The notes below the pieces were generated by a model. It made no database searches and was not told where the DNA came from. It was given only the letters and a program-made list of their open reading frames with translations. Below, one piece after another: positions 31,042 through 41,387 of a DNA stretch of 64,000 bases (positions within the stretch are counted from its first letter, which is position 1; each line of letters opens with the position of its first letter). Origin of the DNA: Smithellaceae bacterium (GTDB lineage Bacteria; Desulfobacterota; Syntrophia; Syntrophales; Smithellaceae); contig CAXXVL010000002.1 in the NCBI GenBank assembly GCA_963667845.2, forward strand, positions 3,264,001 to 3,328,000, given 5' to 3'. The position numbers and the translations under genes are program-made.

Positions 31042-32844
31042 TCATTCTTCTCCGAATACAGAGATCTTCATGTCGGCAGTCAGCCCGCGACTGTTTTTTA
31101 ATGTTCTGGCCAACCCGTCCACCTTGGCAAGCTCATAGGTCATGAAATACCTCAGCGTCTGAAGCTTGCGCTCGTAGAAGTTTTTGTCACCATCAAACGC
31201 GGCACCCTGAAGCGCGTTGTGGGCGGCAATCCCCTGCAAAAGCCACTGCCAGCCGATGGCCACAAGGCCGACCATTTCCAGGTAGAGGGTTGCATCGGCA
31301 AGGAATTCTTCTGCATCATGCCGGCCGGCCACTTCCAGGAGATACGCGGTGACGTCATCCATAATGCCCAGCCCTCTGGCCAGTTCATCAGCCTGGCGGC
31401 TGATATCCGGAATCATGCCGGCCGTCAGAACAGTCTTTCTAACTTCGCCAATGAAAAGTTTATAAGCCTGGCCGTTTTTCATGGTTACTTTCCTGCCTAA
31501 AAGGTCTATCCCCTGAATGCCTGTGGATCCTTCGAGAATAGCGTCGATCCGGATATCGCGGTAATATTGTTCGATCGGGAAATCCCGGCAAAAACCATAG
31601 CCCCCCAGGCACTGCATGGCCGCGCTGATGGAAAGGGTTCCATATTCGGCGGGAAAAGTCTTCACGATCGGGACAAGGAATTCGACCAGCAGTTCGTGTT
31701 TTTCTTTCTCGATGCCCGACTTCGCCAGGTCCATATACTTGCTCAGTTGCAGGGCAAGGCCAAGCCCGCCCTCCGTGACACTGAGCTGAAAAAGAAGCAG
31801 CCGGCGGATATCGGCGTGCTCGATCAGGGGGATCTGGGGAGACGCGGGATCCTTCTGGCCGGGTTTTCGGCCCTGTAAGCGTTGCTTCGTATACTCTAAG
31901 CAGGCATAGTAGGCAGCAGTCGCCTTGGCCGCCGCGATAATTCCCGTCCCGATTCGTGCCTCGTTCATCATCTGGAACATGTAGGACAATCCCCTGTGGG
32001 GTTCTCCGACCAGGTATCCGCGGCAGTCATTGTTGTCGCCCATGCTCAACTGGCAGGCCGGCTCTCCCTTGGCTCCCATTTTGTGTTCGATGCCGGTGCA
32101 AGTGAGATCATTGAATTCCAATTCACCGCTTTTGGAAAAACGGTATTTGGGGACGATAAACAAAGAAATCCCCTTCACCCCTGCCGGCGCGCCTTTTATC
32201 TTGGCCAGCAGCAGGTTGACGGTATTCTCGGTCGCCGTTGTATCCCCCGCTGAAATAAATATTTTCTTTCCCTGAATCAGGTAATGCCCCAGGCCCGAAT
32301 CTTGGGCCGAGGTCCTGATGTCCGCAAGCGAGCTCCCGGCGTCCGGTTCCGTCAACGCCATGGTCCCCTGCCAAACTCCCGCAGTCATTTTTTCGAGATA
32401 AAGGTCTTTTTGCGCAGGAGTGCCGAAGTTAAGGATGAGGTTTGCGGCTCCCGTGGTCAGGCTGAGATAGATCGCCATGGAACTGTTTGCCGCACCCATG
32501 ACGTAGGAAAAGACCTCGTTGACCAGGTTGGGAACCTGTTGCCCGCCGCGGTCGTAAGGCCAGGCCGCGTTGATCCATCCCCCCTGGCCGGACTGTTTCA
32601 TGAATTCAGGCATTGAAGGGTGCACCTTAGCCGTGCCATCGATATACTGCGGAGGATAGAGGTCCATCTCCTGAAAGAGCGGGTACATGAATTCGTCCGC
32701 CATTTTCCAGAGGGTATCGATCATCATGTCAAAGGTTTCACGACTATGATCCCGATATAAATCGTATTGAGTCAGCTCCTCCGCCTTGAAGACGTCGTAG
32801 AGCATGAAATCGATGTTTCTCCGGCTTGCAAATTTATCCGCCAT
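31042..32844 (-). CDS. Acyl-CoA dehydrogenase (long, ~600-aa type)
   Basis: GTMALTEPDAGS, KIFISAG, EHKMG, MNEAR, LGGYG, LEGSTGIQGIDL. Confidence 0.92.
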   Translation of the reverse strand: MADKFASRRNIDFMLYDVFKAEELTQYDLYRDHSRETFDMMIDTLWKMADEFMYPLFQEMDLYPPQYIDGTAKVHPSMPEFMKQSGQGGWINAAWPYDRGGQQVPNLVNEVFSYVMGAANSSMAIYLSLTTGAANLILNFGTPAQKDLYLEKMTAGVWQGTMALTEPDAGSSLADIRTSAQDSGLGHYLIQGKKIFISAGDTTATENTVNLLLAKIKGAPAGVKGISLFIVPKYRFSKSGELEFNDLTCTGIEHKMGAKGEPACQLSMGDNNDCRGYLVGEPHRGLSYMFQMMNEARIGTGIIAAAKATAAYYACLEYTKQRLQGRKPGQKDPASPQIPLIEHADIRRLLLFQLSVTEGGLGLALQLSKYMDLAKSGIEKEKHELLVEFLVPIVKTFPAEYGTLSISAAMQCLGGYGFCRDFPIEQYYRDIRIDAILEGSTGIQGIDLLGRKVTMKNGQAYKLFIGEVRKTVLTAGMIPDISRQADELARGLGIMDDVTAYLLEVAGRHDAEEFLADATLYLEMVGLVAIGWQWLLQGIAAHNALQGAAFDGDKNFYERKLQTLRYFMTYELAKVDGLARTLKNSRGLTADMKISVFGEE

Positions 32845-32961
32845 TTCGTTGTTCCTTTTCTCTCTTCAAATGCAATATTTATGGTGATGAAATGCAGGGA
32901 CAGCCTATTTCTTTGTCTCTTCGCAATGGGGCTCATGACTTCGGACATCCACTTCCACCGC

Positions 32962-33798
32962 TTACAAAATAGAGACCAGTCCGGCGGATTCACGGATAGC
33001 CGGTTGCTGGTCGAACTCCCTCATTTCCGCAAGACGTGCGGCGCCGAAAGCCGCCGTGAAGCGCGGCACGTCCGGAACGAGAACAGAAATACCCAGAACC
33101 GCGTTGATAGCCCCCACCAGTCCCGCGTCCTCTCCTCCGCCCCCGGTCAAGACAACATCGGGCTCCATCTTTACCCTTTTCACCAGCATTGCCACCTTGG
33201 AAGCCATCGCCCGATGGACACCCGCCAGGATATCCTCGGCACGGGCGCCTTCAGCCAGGCGGGAAATCGTCTCCGATTCGGCAAAGACTGCACAGTTCGT
33301 CGAGAATTCAACGGGAGTGACTGATCTTAAAGAAAGCGCCCCGATCTCTTCGAGAGGAACATGGAGAATACGGGCAATGACCTGCAAAAACCTTCCGGAA
33401 CCGGTAGCACATTTTTCGCTCATCAAAAAATCGGCAACCCTTCCGGCGGCTGTGATTCTCGCTGCTTTGGTGAACTGCCCACCGATATCGACCACGGTCC
33501 GGGCAGACGGAAAGAGACAATGACAGCCCATGGCCTGGCAGGAGATATCGGAAACCGTAAGCCCGGTGAAGGGCGCACTCTCGGCGCCGACTCCTGTCAC
33601 CACCAGGCCGGAAAGACCGTCGCGGTCAATCCCGGCCCGGGAGGTAACTGACTCCAGAACCCTCCGGGCGGCTTCTTTGTAATTGCCTCCGGAGACGACC
33701 AGATCGCTCGCTACGATCTTGCCGCAGGCGGTGAGAACCGCCGCAATAGAGACCGAGCCGATATCCAGACCGGCATAATATTTTACTAAATCGTTCAT
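32962..33798 (-). CDS. ATP-dependent activase subunit (BcrD/BadG/HgdC ASKHA family)
   Basis: GLDIGS, DIGGQ, EKCATGSGRFL, CAVFAESE, LTGGG. Confidence 0.88.
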   Translation of the reverse strand: MNDLVKYYAGLDIGSVSIAAVLTACGKIVASDLVVSGGNYKEAARRVLESVTSRAGIDRDGLSGLVVTGVGAESAPFTGLTVSDISCQAMGCHCLFPSARTVVDIGGQFTKAARITAAGRVADFLMSEKCATGSGRFLQVIARILHVPLEEIGALSLRSVTPVEFSTNCAVFAESETISRLAEGARAEDILAGVHRAMASKVAMLVKRVKMEPDVVLTGGGGEDAGLVGAINAVLGISVLVPDVPRFTAAFGAARLAEMREFDQQPAIRESAGLVSIL

Positions 33799-34625
33799 GC
33801 GAAAAACGTCACCTCTTCCATTTTCCGTTCACGGGTGCGGACGATGCCCCTCCGGGCAAAATCACTGCCGATGAGCGCCGCCCCCAAAGCTCCGGTAATA
33901 AAGGGCTCCGGCGGAACCCGAACCGGAAAGCCGACCTTGTCCTCGATGGCTTTAATGAGGCCGCTGTTCTTGGCGCCCCCGCCTGTCACCACCACGTCCT
34001 TTTTTAATCCCAGATGCCGCGCCATATTGACGACTCGGCCGGCGATCGCCACATGCAGACCGGCGACAATTTCCGGAATGGTCGCTCCCTCCGCCAGCCG
34101 GGAGGTCACCTCATGCTCCGCAAAAACCGTACAGATATTGGAAATCTTGACATACGTCTTTGCCTTCTGCGACAGAGCGCCCATCTCGGTAAGCTTGATC
34201 CCCAGAGTCTCGGCAATCACTTCCAGAAAGCGGCCCGTTCCGGCGGCGCACTTGTCGTTCATGACAAAATCGGCCACCCGGCCTTCGGCATCCAGTTTGA
34301 TGCCCTTGGAATCCTGTCCGCCGATGTCGATGATGGTGTGTGTCGCCGGGAATAGGGACCAAATCCCGCGGGCGTGACAGGTAATCTCCGTCATTTGCTT
34401 GTCGGCAAACGGAACATTGATCCGTCCGTAACCCGTCGCCACAATGAAATCGAGGCCGGAAAAAGAAAGGCCGCACTTCTTGACGGCTTCATCCATTACC
34501 CGGAGGGCCAGGTGACGATGCTCTGCACCCGTGGGGCCGATGACCGAAGCCAGACTCTGTCCCTGATCATCAACGATGACGACCTTGCTCATGGTGGAGC
34601 CGATGTCAATTCCCGCAAAAGGCAT
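33795..34625 (-). CDS. ATP-dependent activase subunit (BcrA/BadF/HgdC ASKHA family)
   Basis: GIDIGS, TGYGR, EITCH, DIGGQDSK, MNDKCAAGTGRFL, CTVFAE. Confidence 0.9.
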   Translation of the reverse strand: MPFAGIDIGSTMSKVVIVDDQGQSLASVIGPTGAEHRHLALRVMDEAVKKCGLSFSGLDFIVATGYGRINVPFADKQMTEITCHARGIWSLFPATHTIIDIGGQDSKGIKLDAEGRVADFVMNDKCAAGTGRFLEVIAETLGIKLTEMGALSQKAKTYVKISNICTVFAEHEVTSRLAEGATIPEIVAGLHVAIAGRVVNMARHLGLKKDVVVTGGGAKNSGLIKAIEDKVGFPVRVPPEPFITGALGAALIGSDFARRGIVRTRERKMEEVTFFA

Positions 34626-34649
34626 AGTTTAGTTTATTCTCTTCACTCT

Positions 34650-35960
34650 TTATTTAATGGCGCGTCCCGCCAGCGATTCCAGGAACGCGCTGATTTGTGC
34701 TTTCCACTGCGCCTCCGAGTAATCCCGCAGGTCCACCATATCGGAAACCAGCTGCATCATGGGAATATCGGTGTACTGTTCCAGCAGATTCTTCATGTGA
34801 ATCTGGCCGACCGTCGTGGCCCGGCAGGAACGGCAGGCGTGAAACACGACGCCGTCAATCTTATAATCTCTGATCTTTTCGCGAAGCTGTTCCACAAACG
34901 GATGGCCGCTTCCGGCCTGGGCTTGTTCATGCCGCTTCGATAAACGCAGGAAACTGCGCCATGCCATATATTCGACGGGATCTTTCACATGACTCGGCAC
35001 CTCCACCGGATCATACGAGCGGTAGACATTTTCGATCACAAAAACCGCTCCGAAACTTTCAAAGTAATTGAAGATCCAGAGCGTATGCCAGGGCGGCAGG
35101 CCGCCGCCGTATAGAATACGGTACTTCTCATCCGGAATCACGCCTGTCTTATTATCTACCTTCTCTTTCACTTCGTCGTAGAGGCCCTGGTAAAAATCCA
35201 CGGCTACCTGTGTTCCGGAATAATAATAGGCGGCCGTCATAATGCTGAAGTGATCCTGGGCCGGCATCGGGCAGGGAACGGCGACGCGCAGACGGTCGAC
35301 GTCGTACCAGAGGCGCCAGGCCTTGTCGCTCAGTCTGATCGCTTCCCAGAGGCGCTCCGTGTCCAGTTTTTTACCGGTCTGTGCTTCCAAAAACGTGATC
35401 AGGCCACGGAACTGCTCCGTCTGGTACCGGACGTAATGATCGCGGATATCCCTGGTCACCGCGTCTCCCGGAGGCCAGGCAACGTCAATACTGTAGGTGG
35501 GAATGTCCAGGAAACGCCGGGTCGCCTGGAACCACTTGAAGCGGGGATCACAGACAGCGCTGGAGCCCAGCATCATGTCCGGCATGGCCATGCCGCCGTC
35601 GGGGGAGTTTTCCGGGATGCCGCCCGCTTCTTTTCTCAGACTGTCGAACCCGAGGCCGATCCGGGCATAACTGCAGAGGACCTGGGAGTAGCCGTCGGAC
35701 TCCGCCTTCAGCAGAAAGCGGTCCATTTCGCGCTTCGCGGCGCAAAGGCCGGCGTAATTTTCCGTGGGCAGCGGGACGATGTCCATGGCACGGAGAATCT
35801 CGTCATATTGCGAGCTCACCATCATATAGGCCACTTTTTTCCCTGCGGCCTTTGCTTCATGGGCGGACTGGTAAATATTTTTTACCAGAGATCGCACTTT
35901 GCGGGCCGTATTGGTGCCCTTCACTGCCGTCGTTTTCGTTTGTTCTTTTGCTTCCATCAT
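34650..35960 (-). CDS. 2-hydroxyacyl-CoA dehydratase / benzoyl-CoA reductase B-type subunit
   Basis: ENYAGLC, LCSYAR, CDPRFKWF, IDGVVFH..SC; start ATG 35960 after AGGGAG. Confidence 0.85.
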   Translation of the reverse strand: MMEAKEQTKTTAVKGTNTARKVRSLVKNIYQSAHEAKAAGKKVAYMMVSSQYDEILRAMDIVPLPTENYAGLCAAKREMDRFLLKAESDGYSQVLCSYARIGLGFDSLRKEAGGIPENSPDGGMAMPDMMLGSSAVCDPRFKWFQATRRFLDIPTYSIDVAWPPGDAVTRDIRDHYVRYQTEQFRGLITFLEAQTGKKLDTERLWEAIRLSDKAWRLWYDVDRLRVAVPCPMPAQDHFSIMTAAYYYSGTQVAVDFYQGLYDEVKEKVDNKTGVIPDEKYRILYGGGLPPWHTLWIFNYFESFGAVFVIENVYRSYDPVEVPSHVKDPVEYMAWRSFLRLSKRHEQAQAGSGHPFVEQLREKIRDYKIDGVVFHACRSCRATTVGQIHMKNLLEQYTDIPMMQLVSDMVDLRDYSEAQWKAQISAFLESLAGRAIK

Positions 35961-35967
35961 TTTCTCC

Positions 35968-37107
35968 CTATCCAATCATTTCCAGGAATGCCTGTACCCG
36001 CGTCCGCAACTGACCGATTGTCGAGGTCGAGTAATCATCTTCGATCATCAGCACCGGTACCTTCAACCCTTCGAGATACTCGCGCAGGTCAGGCCCATCC
36101 AGTTCGCACGTATCGCAATAGCGGACGATATAAAATACCGCGGCCTTCGCCTGCCAGTCTTTGATAAACCGGCCGATATAGGCATAGCGGTTTTCCAGAT
36201 CCTGTTTGCGATCACCCATCTGCGGAACATTGGTGCGCGGGCAATGCGTTGCCAGATAACGGCTCGCAATCCCCGCCAGAGGGTCCGCCGTTTCGGGAAC
36301 ATCATCCCAGAAAAAACGCGTGCCCGTACAGAGATCATCCATCACCACCCGGGCGCCGGAATCTTCCACAAGCTTGATAAAAGCAATATCGTCGATTTCA
36401 TTCCCCCAAATGAAAATACGCGGCACGTCCGCGGCTTTGGCAAGCGGACGCCCTTTTACTTCGTCGATGAACTCCCGGATCAGCTCGATGTGTTCCGCTC
36501 CGGGGAGACCCATGCCGGCAACCAGCAATTTCGTGATCTCCACACCCGACACGAGCGGCGGATCCGATTTCCTAAGCTCATACAATTCCCTCAGGAGAGC
36601 CCGGCGCCGGTTATAGAGTTTCACGGCCTGGGACAATTTCGCCTTCTCGAGTTTTCGGCCCGACCACTCCTCCAGACGTTTAATGAAATACTCCAATTCG
36701 CTTTGGTAAAACGCTTCGGAACCGGCCCCCATCATATGGGGCACATTGATGATATGACTGAAGGGAGATGGCCTGTTGTGGCGCCAGATCTGATACAGGC
36801 GGTCAACCGTATCGCAGCTGTGCGGTACGACAAAGCCGTCAAGAAAATCGTATTCCCCTTTCAGCGCCATATTGAAGCAGCTGCGGGCAAACGGGCAGGC
36901 CATGGGTTCCAGAAAGGCGTCCGCCTGATCGATCGGCTCGCTTTGGCTTCCCTGAATACGGTAGGGAACCATATCGAAGGCTGTAATAATTTCGTCGGGA
37001 ACAAAGCAGCAAAAGTAACCGATGATTTTCTTGCCCGCATCATGCAGTTGCCTGGCGCGCTTTCCCCTGCTTTGATAAAGTTCATTAATCTTTTCACTCG
37101 CTGTCAT
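35968..37107 (-). CDS. 2-hydroxyacyl-CoA dehydratase / benzoyl-CoA reductase C-type subunit
   Basis: GKKIIGYFC.FVPDEII, CPFARS, PHSCD, DDLCTG, YCD, GQLRTRVQAFLE. Confidence 0.87.
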   Translation of the reverse strand: MTASEKINELYQSRGKRARQLHDAGKKIIGYFCCFVPDEIITAFDMVPYRIQGSQSEPIDQADAFLEPMACPFARSCFNMALKGEYDFLDGFVVPHSCDTVDRLYQIWRHNRPSPFSHIINVPHMMGAGSEAFYQSELEYFIKRLEEWSGRKLEKAKLSQAVKLYNRRRALLRELYELRKSDPPLVSGVEITKLLVAGMGLPGAEHIELIREFIDEVKGRPLAKAADVPRIFIWGNEIDDIAFIKLVEDSGARVVMDDLCTGTRFFWDDVPETADPLAGIASRYLATHCPRTNVPQMGDRKQDLENRYAYIGRFIKDWQAKAAVFYIVRYCDTCELDGPDLREYLEGLKVPVLMIEDDYSTSTIGQLRTRVQAFLEMIG

Positions 37108-37208
37108 GACGTCCTTCTCCAGTTTTGTTTCAATTTTGTGCGCTTTCCCTAATTTCATCCGGTTGTAACAGCAGACGTGACCCGCAATCTTTCTTCCGGA
37201 TGTATCTA

Positions 37209-38912
37209 TTATTTGCCGCCGGTGTATTTGCCTTCCTGGCGGAGCTTCTCGATCTCCAGTTTTTCCAGTTCGGTGTAGGCGATCTTCCCGACTTTCGTGA
37301 GCGGCAGGCTGTCCCGGAATTCAACCTCCCGGGGGCAGGACCATTTGATCAGATGCTTCTGGCAATGGACAATCAAGGCCTGGGCCAGTTCCGGACCGGC
37401 TTTTGATTTATCTTTCAGAACAACAAAGGCCTTAACCCTTTCAACCTGCGCCTCATCGGGCACGCCGATCACGCAGGCGGCCTGCACATCGGGGTGTTTA
37501 TCCAGAGCGGCCTCCACTTGAACGGGATAGACATTCATCCCTGAGGATTTGATCATTCTTTTCAGCCGCAGTTTGAAGTAAAAATATCCGTCTTCGTCCG
37601 TGGTGAAGATATCTCCCGTATGAAGCCAGGTGTGGCCGTCGTCATGTTCCTTAATGACCGCCGCTGTTTCCTCGGGGCTCTCCAGATAGCCGAGCATGAC
37701 GGCCGGACCGCTCACGCAGAGCTCTCCTTCCTGGCCTACGGGGACTTCCCGGGTCGTGCCGATGCCGACAACCTTTGCCAGCATGTCCGGAAAGGGAATA
37801 CCCACACTGCCCTCCCGATAGCCGTCAAGCGGCGTGGACATAATGCCCGTCACAGCCTCCGTCAGTCCGTAGCCCTCCACAAGCTGGACGTTCCCGCCCT
37901 GGCGTTTCACGAGTTCTTCGAATCGTTCCTTGACCTGCCGAGGGAGAGAATCGGCGCCGCAGGAAGTATTTCTCAGGCAACTCAGATCCGCCGTCTGAAA
38001 ATCAGGGTTTCGGGTCAGGGCGTCATAAAGGGTCGGCACACCGGTGATCAGGGTCGGCTTCTTTTTCTTGATGAGATCGGCCACGATCTCCGGGGTAAAC
38101 TGGGGGACAAGAATACTTTTGGCGCCTCCCATAAAGGCCGCGTTGCAGCAGATCCCCAGACCGAACCCGTGGAAAATAGGAAGAATCGCCAGAACGGAGG
38201 CGTCTTCGGCATGAAGGCCTTCGCCCCAGTTAGCGACCATCAGGCCCTCACTGATGAAGTTATAGTTCGACAGCATAATTCCCTTGGGGAAACCCGTTGT
38301 GCCGCCGCTATACAGGATGACGGCCATTTCGTCCGGCCCCATATCCGCTTTTGGCGCGTCGGGATAGTTTGCGGCCATCAGGGGCTTCCACCATTTGACC
38401 ATCGGGTCTTCATGGGTCTTGTCCGCGCCCTGCTGGGGCGGGGTTACTTGATCGAAGATTTCCGTCAAGATCAGCGTTTCCAGCTTCGTTTCACTCTTGA
38501 TCTCTTTGAATTTGGCGTAAAACAGATCCAGGGTCAGAGCGACGCGGCTCTTGCTGATGTTCAGGTAATAGATGATTTCGCTCGGTGTAGAGAGCGGGTG
38601 GATCATGCTGGCCACGACGCCCAGTTTATTGGCCGCATAAAAGCAGATGATTCCCTGGGGTGACGTGGGCATGGAAATAGTGATCCGGTCCCCTTTCTTC
38701 AACCCGAGGGCAGCCAGCGCATTGGCACATAAATCGATTTGCGCGGCGAATTGACGGTAGGTTGCCGTGTAGTCAAAAAAATCATAGGCAGTGCGCTCGG
38801 GAAACTTCTCGACCGTCTGCATCAGCGCTTCGTACATGGTCACCCGGGGATAATTGATCGTCTCCGGCACGCCTTTATAAAACTTTAACCAGGGTTTTCT
38901 TTCCGATACCAT
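37209..38912 (-). CDS. Acyl-CoA ligase (AMP-forming, long-chain-fatty-acid-CoA ligase family)
   Basis: YSGGTTGFPKG, EGYGLTE, HTGD, LPLTKVGK; start MVSERKPW after AAGGAG. Confidence 0.92.
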   Translation of the reverse strand: MVSERKPWLKFYKGVPETINYPRVTMYEALMQTVEKFPERTAYDFFDYTATYRQFAAQIDLCANALAALGLKKGDRITISMPTSPQGIICFYAANKLGVVASMIHPLSTPSEIIYYLNISKSRVALTLDLFYAKFKEIKSETKLETLILTEIFDQVTPPQQGADKTHEDPMVKWWKPLMAANYPDAPKADMGPDEMAVILYSGGTTGFPKGIMLSNYNFISEGLMVANWGEGLHAEDASVLAILPIFHGFGLGICCNAAFMGGAKSILVPQFTPEIVADLIKKKKPTLITGVPTLYDALTRNPDFQTADLSCLRNTSCGADSLPRQVKERFEELVKRQGGNVQLVEGYGLTEAVTGIMSTPLDGYREGSVGIPFPDMLAKVVGIGTTREVPVGQEGELCVSGPAVMLGYLESPEETAAVIKEHDDGHTWLHTGDIFTTDEDGYFYFKLRLKRMIKSSGMNVYPVQVEAALDKHPDVQAACVIGVPDEAQVERVKAFVVLKDKSKAGPELAQALIVHCQKHLIKWSCPREVEFRDSLPLTKVGKIAYTELEKLEIEKLRQEGKYTGGK

Positions 38913-39048
38913 TGGATAGCTCCTTATCGAGGATATGAAAACATTTAAGCGGCAAAGCCTAAAGTCTTGACAAGATATATTGAGGGTGAGTAAGTAATCT
39001 GCATCGGAGTGATAATCAAGGTTTTTGGACTGTTTCACGATAAATACC

Positions 39049-39087
39049 GTTTCATGCTGAAACATTGATTTTTCACGTTGAACGTGA
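39049..39087. promoter_or_regulatory. Two adjacent palindromes (candidate operators) between divergent genes
   Basis: GTTTCA-TGC-TGAAAC (39049-39063) and TCACGTT-G-AACGTGA (39073-39087). Confidence 0.45.
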
Positions 39088-39158
39088 TTTCAGTACGAAT
39101 GAACCATTAATGGCGGAAGCGCTGCAGATCAAGAGAAGCAAAAGGAGCAAGGGAAACC

Positions 39159-41387
39159 ATGAAAAAGCAGGATAAGGCAATGGCCGCCATTTCAGCTGTT
39201 TTCCCGACACGGGAGACATTTATCAAATTTGCCGAAGACAGCGACAATAAAAAAGCAGTCCAATCCTTTGTTGATTATGCAGTGCAAAACAAAATCATCG
39301 AAACGCCCTCCTCCAAAAGCCTGGAAGAGTTTATCGCCATTCAAGCCAGAACTCCTGAAGACTGCGCGCCGCCCGATCAACTTACTTTTGAAGAGCTTCT
39401 CGATAAAAAAGAGGAAATGTTTAGCTTTAACCTCTCGGAGCGGGCTTTGGCCGACCGGATCAATTCCCTGATCTCCGCGAGCGGCATCGATTTGCCCAAA
39501 GTGAGCAATTCCATGTTGACACGCCTTAAGACAAAGCCTGCGGATAATGCTTATAAGCAGAATGTGATCCGAAGTTTCGCGTTCTGGCTCGGCCATGAGC
39601 GAGCCGATCTTGGTCCGCAGCTAAACTATGAAACCCTGATGAAGATCTGCCCGGAAGAGAAGCCTGCCGACAGTTATAAAGAAGGGATCCGCATCGGGTT
39701 CTCCCTGGTGAGCCGCGGAGACGTTATCGATCATCCCATCACCAACTGGCTTAAGGCGTGCATCAAAAATTACCTGGACAAGACGATGGGAGATTCGCTC
39801 CAGGGCACATGGGGCAAAGTCAGGTCTCATGACTTCACGACGTTTTACGTTGACATTCCGAAAATAGAGGAGGCCAGCGATCCGACGGCCTACCGGTCCT
39901 GCCTTAAACACGCTGTTTCACTGACTCACCACGTCGCCATTCGCTGGGCAATATCCAAATATTATACCAACAACAGATTCTTATCCATCGGGATCGTCGC
40001 CGGCAAATTCGCCTCTCTGGATAATTATCTGCTGCCCATGCTCAATGCCAAGCTGTCGGGCGATCCCATTATTCGCGTTTCCGATTATGTTCGTCAATGC
40101 CTCCTGATCAATGACACCCGCGTCATCATGTGCAGCAAGCCCAGTGAAACGATCTTATTCAAAGGAGAAACGTTCAGCATCTGGTGGATCGTGGCCTTCT
40201 GGAGTGCTTTTTATTTTGATTTTATCCCTGACTTATTGGAAGCAAGCCGTCTGAACAATAACGTTCTTCCGGGAGAAATTCTCTCACGGTTGCGCTGGTT
40301 TCCGGAGGAGTCGCCACTCAATAATCCCGAAAGCACCAAGACCAATGCGATTACGGCCTTCCTCAACTTTCCCCATAACTCTCTCCTCGGCGTTGAAATT
40401 GCGAAGACGCTTTACTATCGGAGACAAATTCAGGAAGCCATTGAAATCCTCCGCATCGTTCTGAGCATCGATCCCACCGATCTCACAGCCCGAACGCTGC
40501 GGATGGTCCTTTTTCGGGAGCAGGCGCTAAATGCGCCGACTTATTCTATCGCGGGTACTTTCTTTGCCCAGGCCGAACATGAAGCCATCTATATTCAGGA
40601 AAATTGCGAGTCAAAATTGGAGGATTTTTACTGTGAATATTCCTCGATATACATCGCCAAGGCGATACTCATCTTAAGGTTCCTGCGCAATGGAGACAAG
40701 AGCCGTCACGGATTGCCGGATCTCTCACAGGCAAAACAGGCCGTCTTTGATGCCTTCGATAGGGCCGAATTCCTTTTGGGGAAGGCCATGGCCGTCTCGC
40801 TGTCGGCCATCCGCTCCTACTACGGGCTGAACGCCATGCGCGTTCTGAAGGCTATCCTGAAAAATGATGAGGATATCTTTGTCAATCCTAAAAAAACAAT
40901 CAATGGGAAATTGGAAACTGTTGCCGATTCCTCGGCGGGTTTTCGATTGCAGATCAACTTGAGCACCTATGGGAGTCGGCAGCAGCGTCAACACGATTTC
41001 ATCGAAGATATTTTGGTGAAAAGGTTCAAAATTTATGATGACTCGATCTCACTCCAACCCTTTCGGGCGAGCTCTCATTTCTGTCATGCCGTTGCCCTCT
41101 GGGATTTTTCACCAAGGCGGACGGTCGCCATTGCCAAAAGAGTTCTAATGATATTGAATGCCGCGGCGGATCTGGCCAGAGAGGAGGCCAGACAAGGTGT
41201 CTGTATCTATTCGGCAACCAGAGGCTACAGCGAAATGATGCCGGCCAGAGATTTTATCCAGCATGTGAAAAAGGGTATTCACATGGTGACTCAGGCCGCA
41301 GGAAAAGATCTGGCCGAAAGAGTCGACAGCGACATTATTGAACCGACCGGTCATTTATCATCGCTCCTGATGACATTGAATTTCTAA
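39159..41387 (+). CDS. Large hypothetical protein; possible HTH + cyclase-like fold + TPR regulator
   Basis: 742-aa ORF with purine-rich RBS; TPR-like segment (EIAKTLYYRRQIQEAIEILRIVLSIDPTD). Other domains are tentative. Confidence 0.75.
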   Translation: MKKQDKAMAAISAVFPTRETFIKFAEDSDNKKAVQSFVDYAVQNKIIETPSSKSLEEFIAIQARTPEDCAPPDQLTFEELLDKKEEMFSFNLSERALADRINSLISASGIDLPKVSNSMLTRLKTKPADNAYKQNVIRSFAFWLGHERADLGPQLNYETLMKICPEEKPADSYKEGIRIGFSLVSRGDVIDHPITNWLKACIKNYLDKTMGDSLQGTWGKVRSHDFTTFYVDIPKIEEASDPTAYRSCLKHAVSLTHHVAIRWAISKYYTNNRFLSIGIVAGKFASLDNYLLPMLNAKLSGDPIIRVSDYVRQCLLINDTRVIMCSKPSETILFKGETFSIWWIVAFWSAFYFDFIPDLLEASRLNNNVLPGEILSRLRWFPEESPLNNPESTKTNAITAFLNFPHNSLLGVEIAKTLYYRRQIQEAIEILRIVLSIDPTDLTARTLRMVLFREQALNAPTYSIAGTFFAQAEHEAIYIQENCESKLEDFYCEYSSIYIAKAILILRFLRNGDKSRHGLPDLSQAKQAVFDAFDRAEFLLGKAMAVSLSAIRSYYGLNAMRVLKAILKNDEDIFVNPKKTINGKLETVADSSAGFRLQINLSTYGSRQQRQHDFIEDILVKRFKIYDDSISLQPFRASSHFCHAVALWDFSPRRTVAIAKRVLMILNAAADLAREEARQGVCIYSATRGYSEMMPARDFIQHVKKGIHMVTQAAGKDLAERVDSDIIEPTGHLSSLLMTLNF

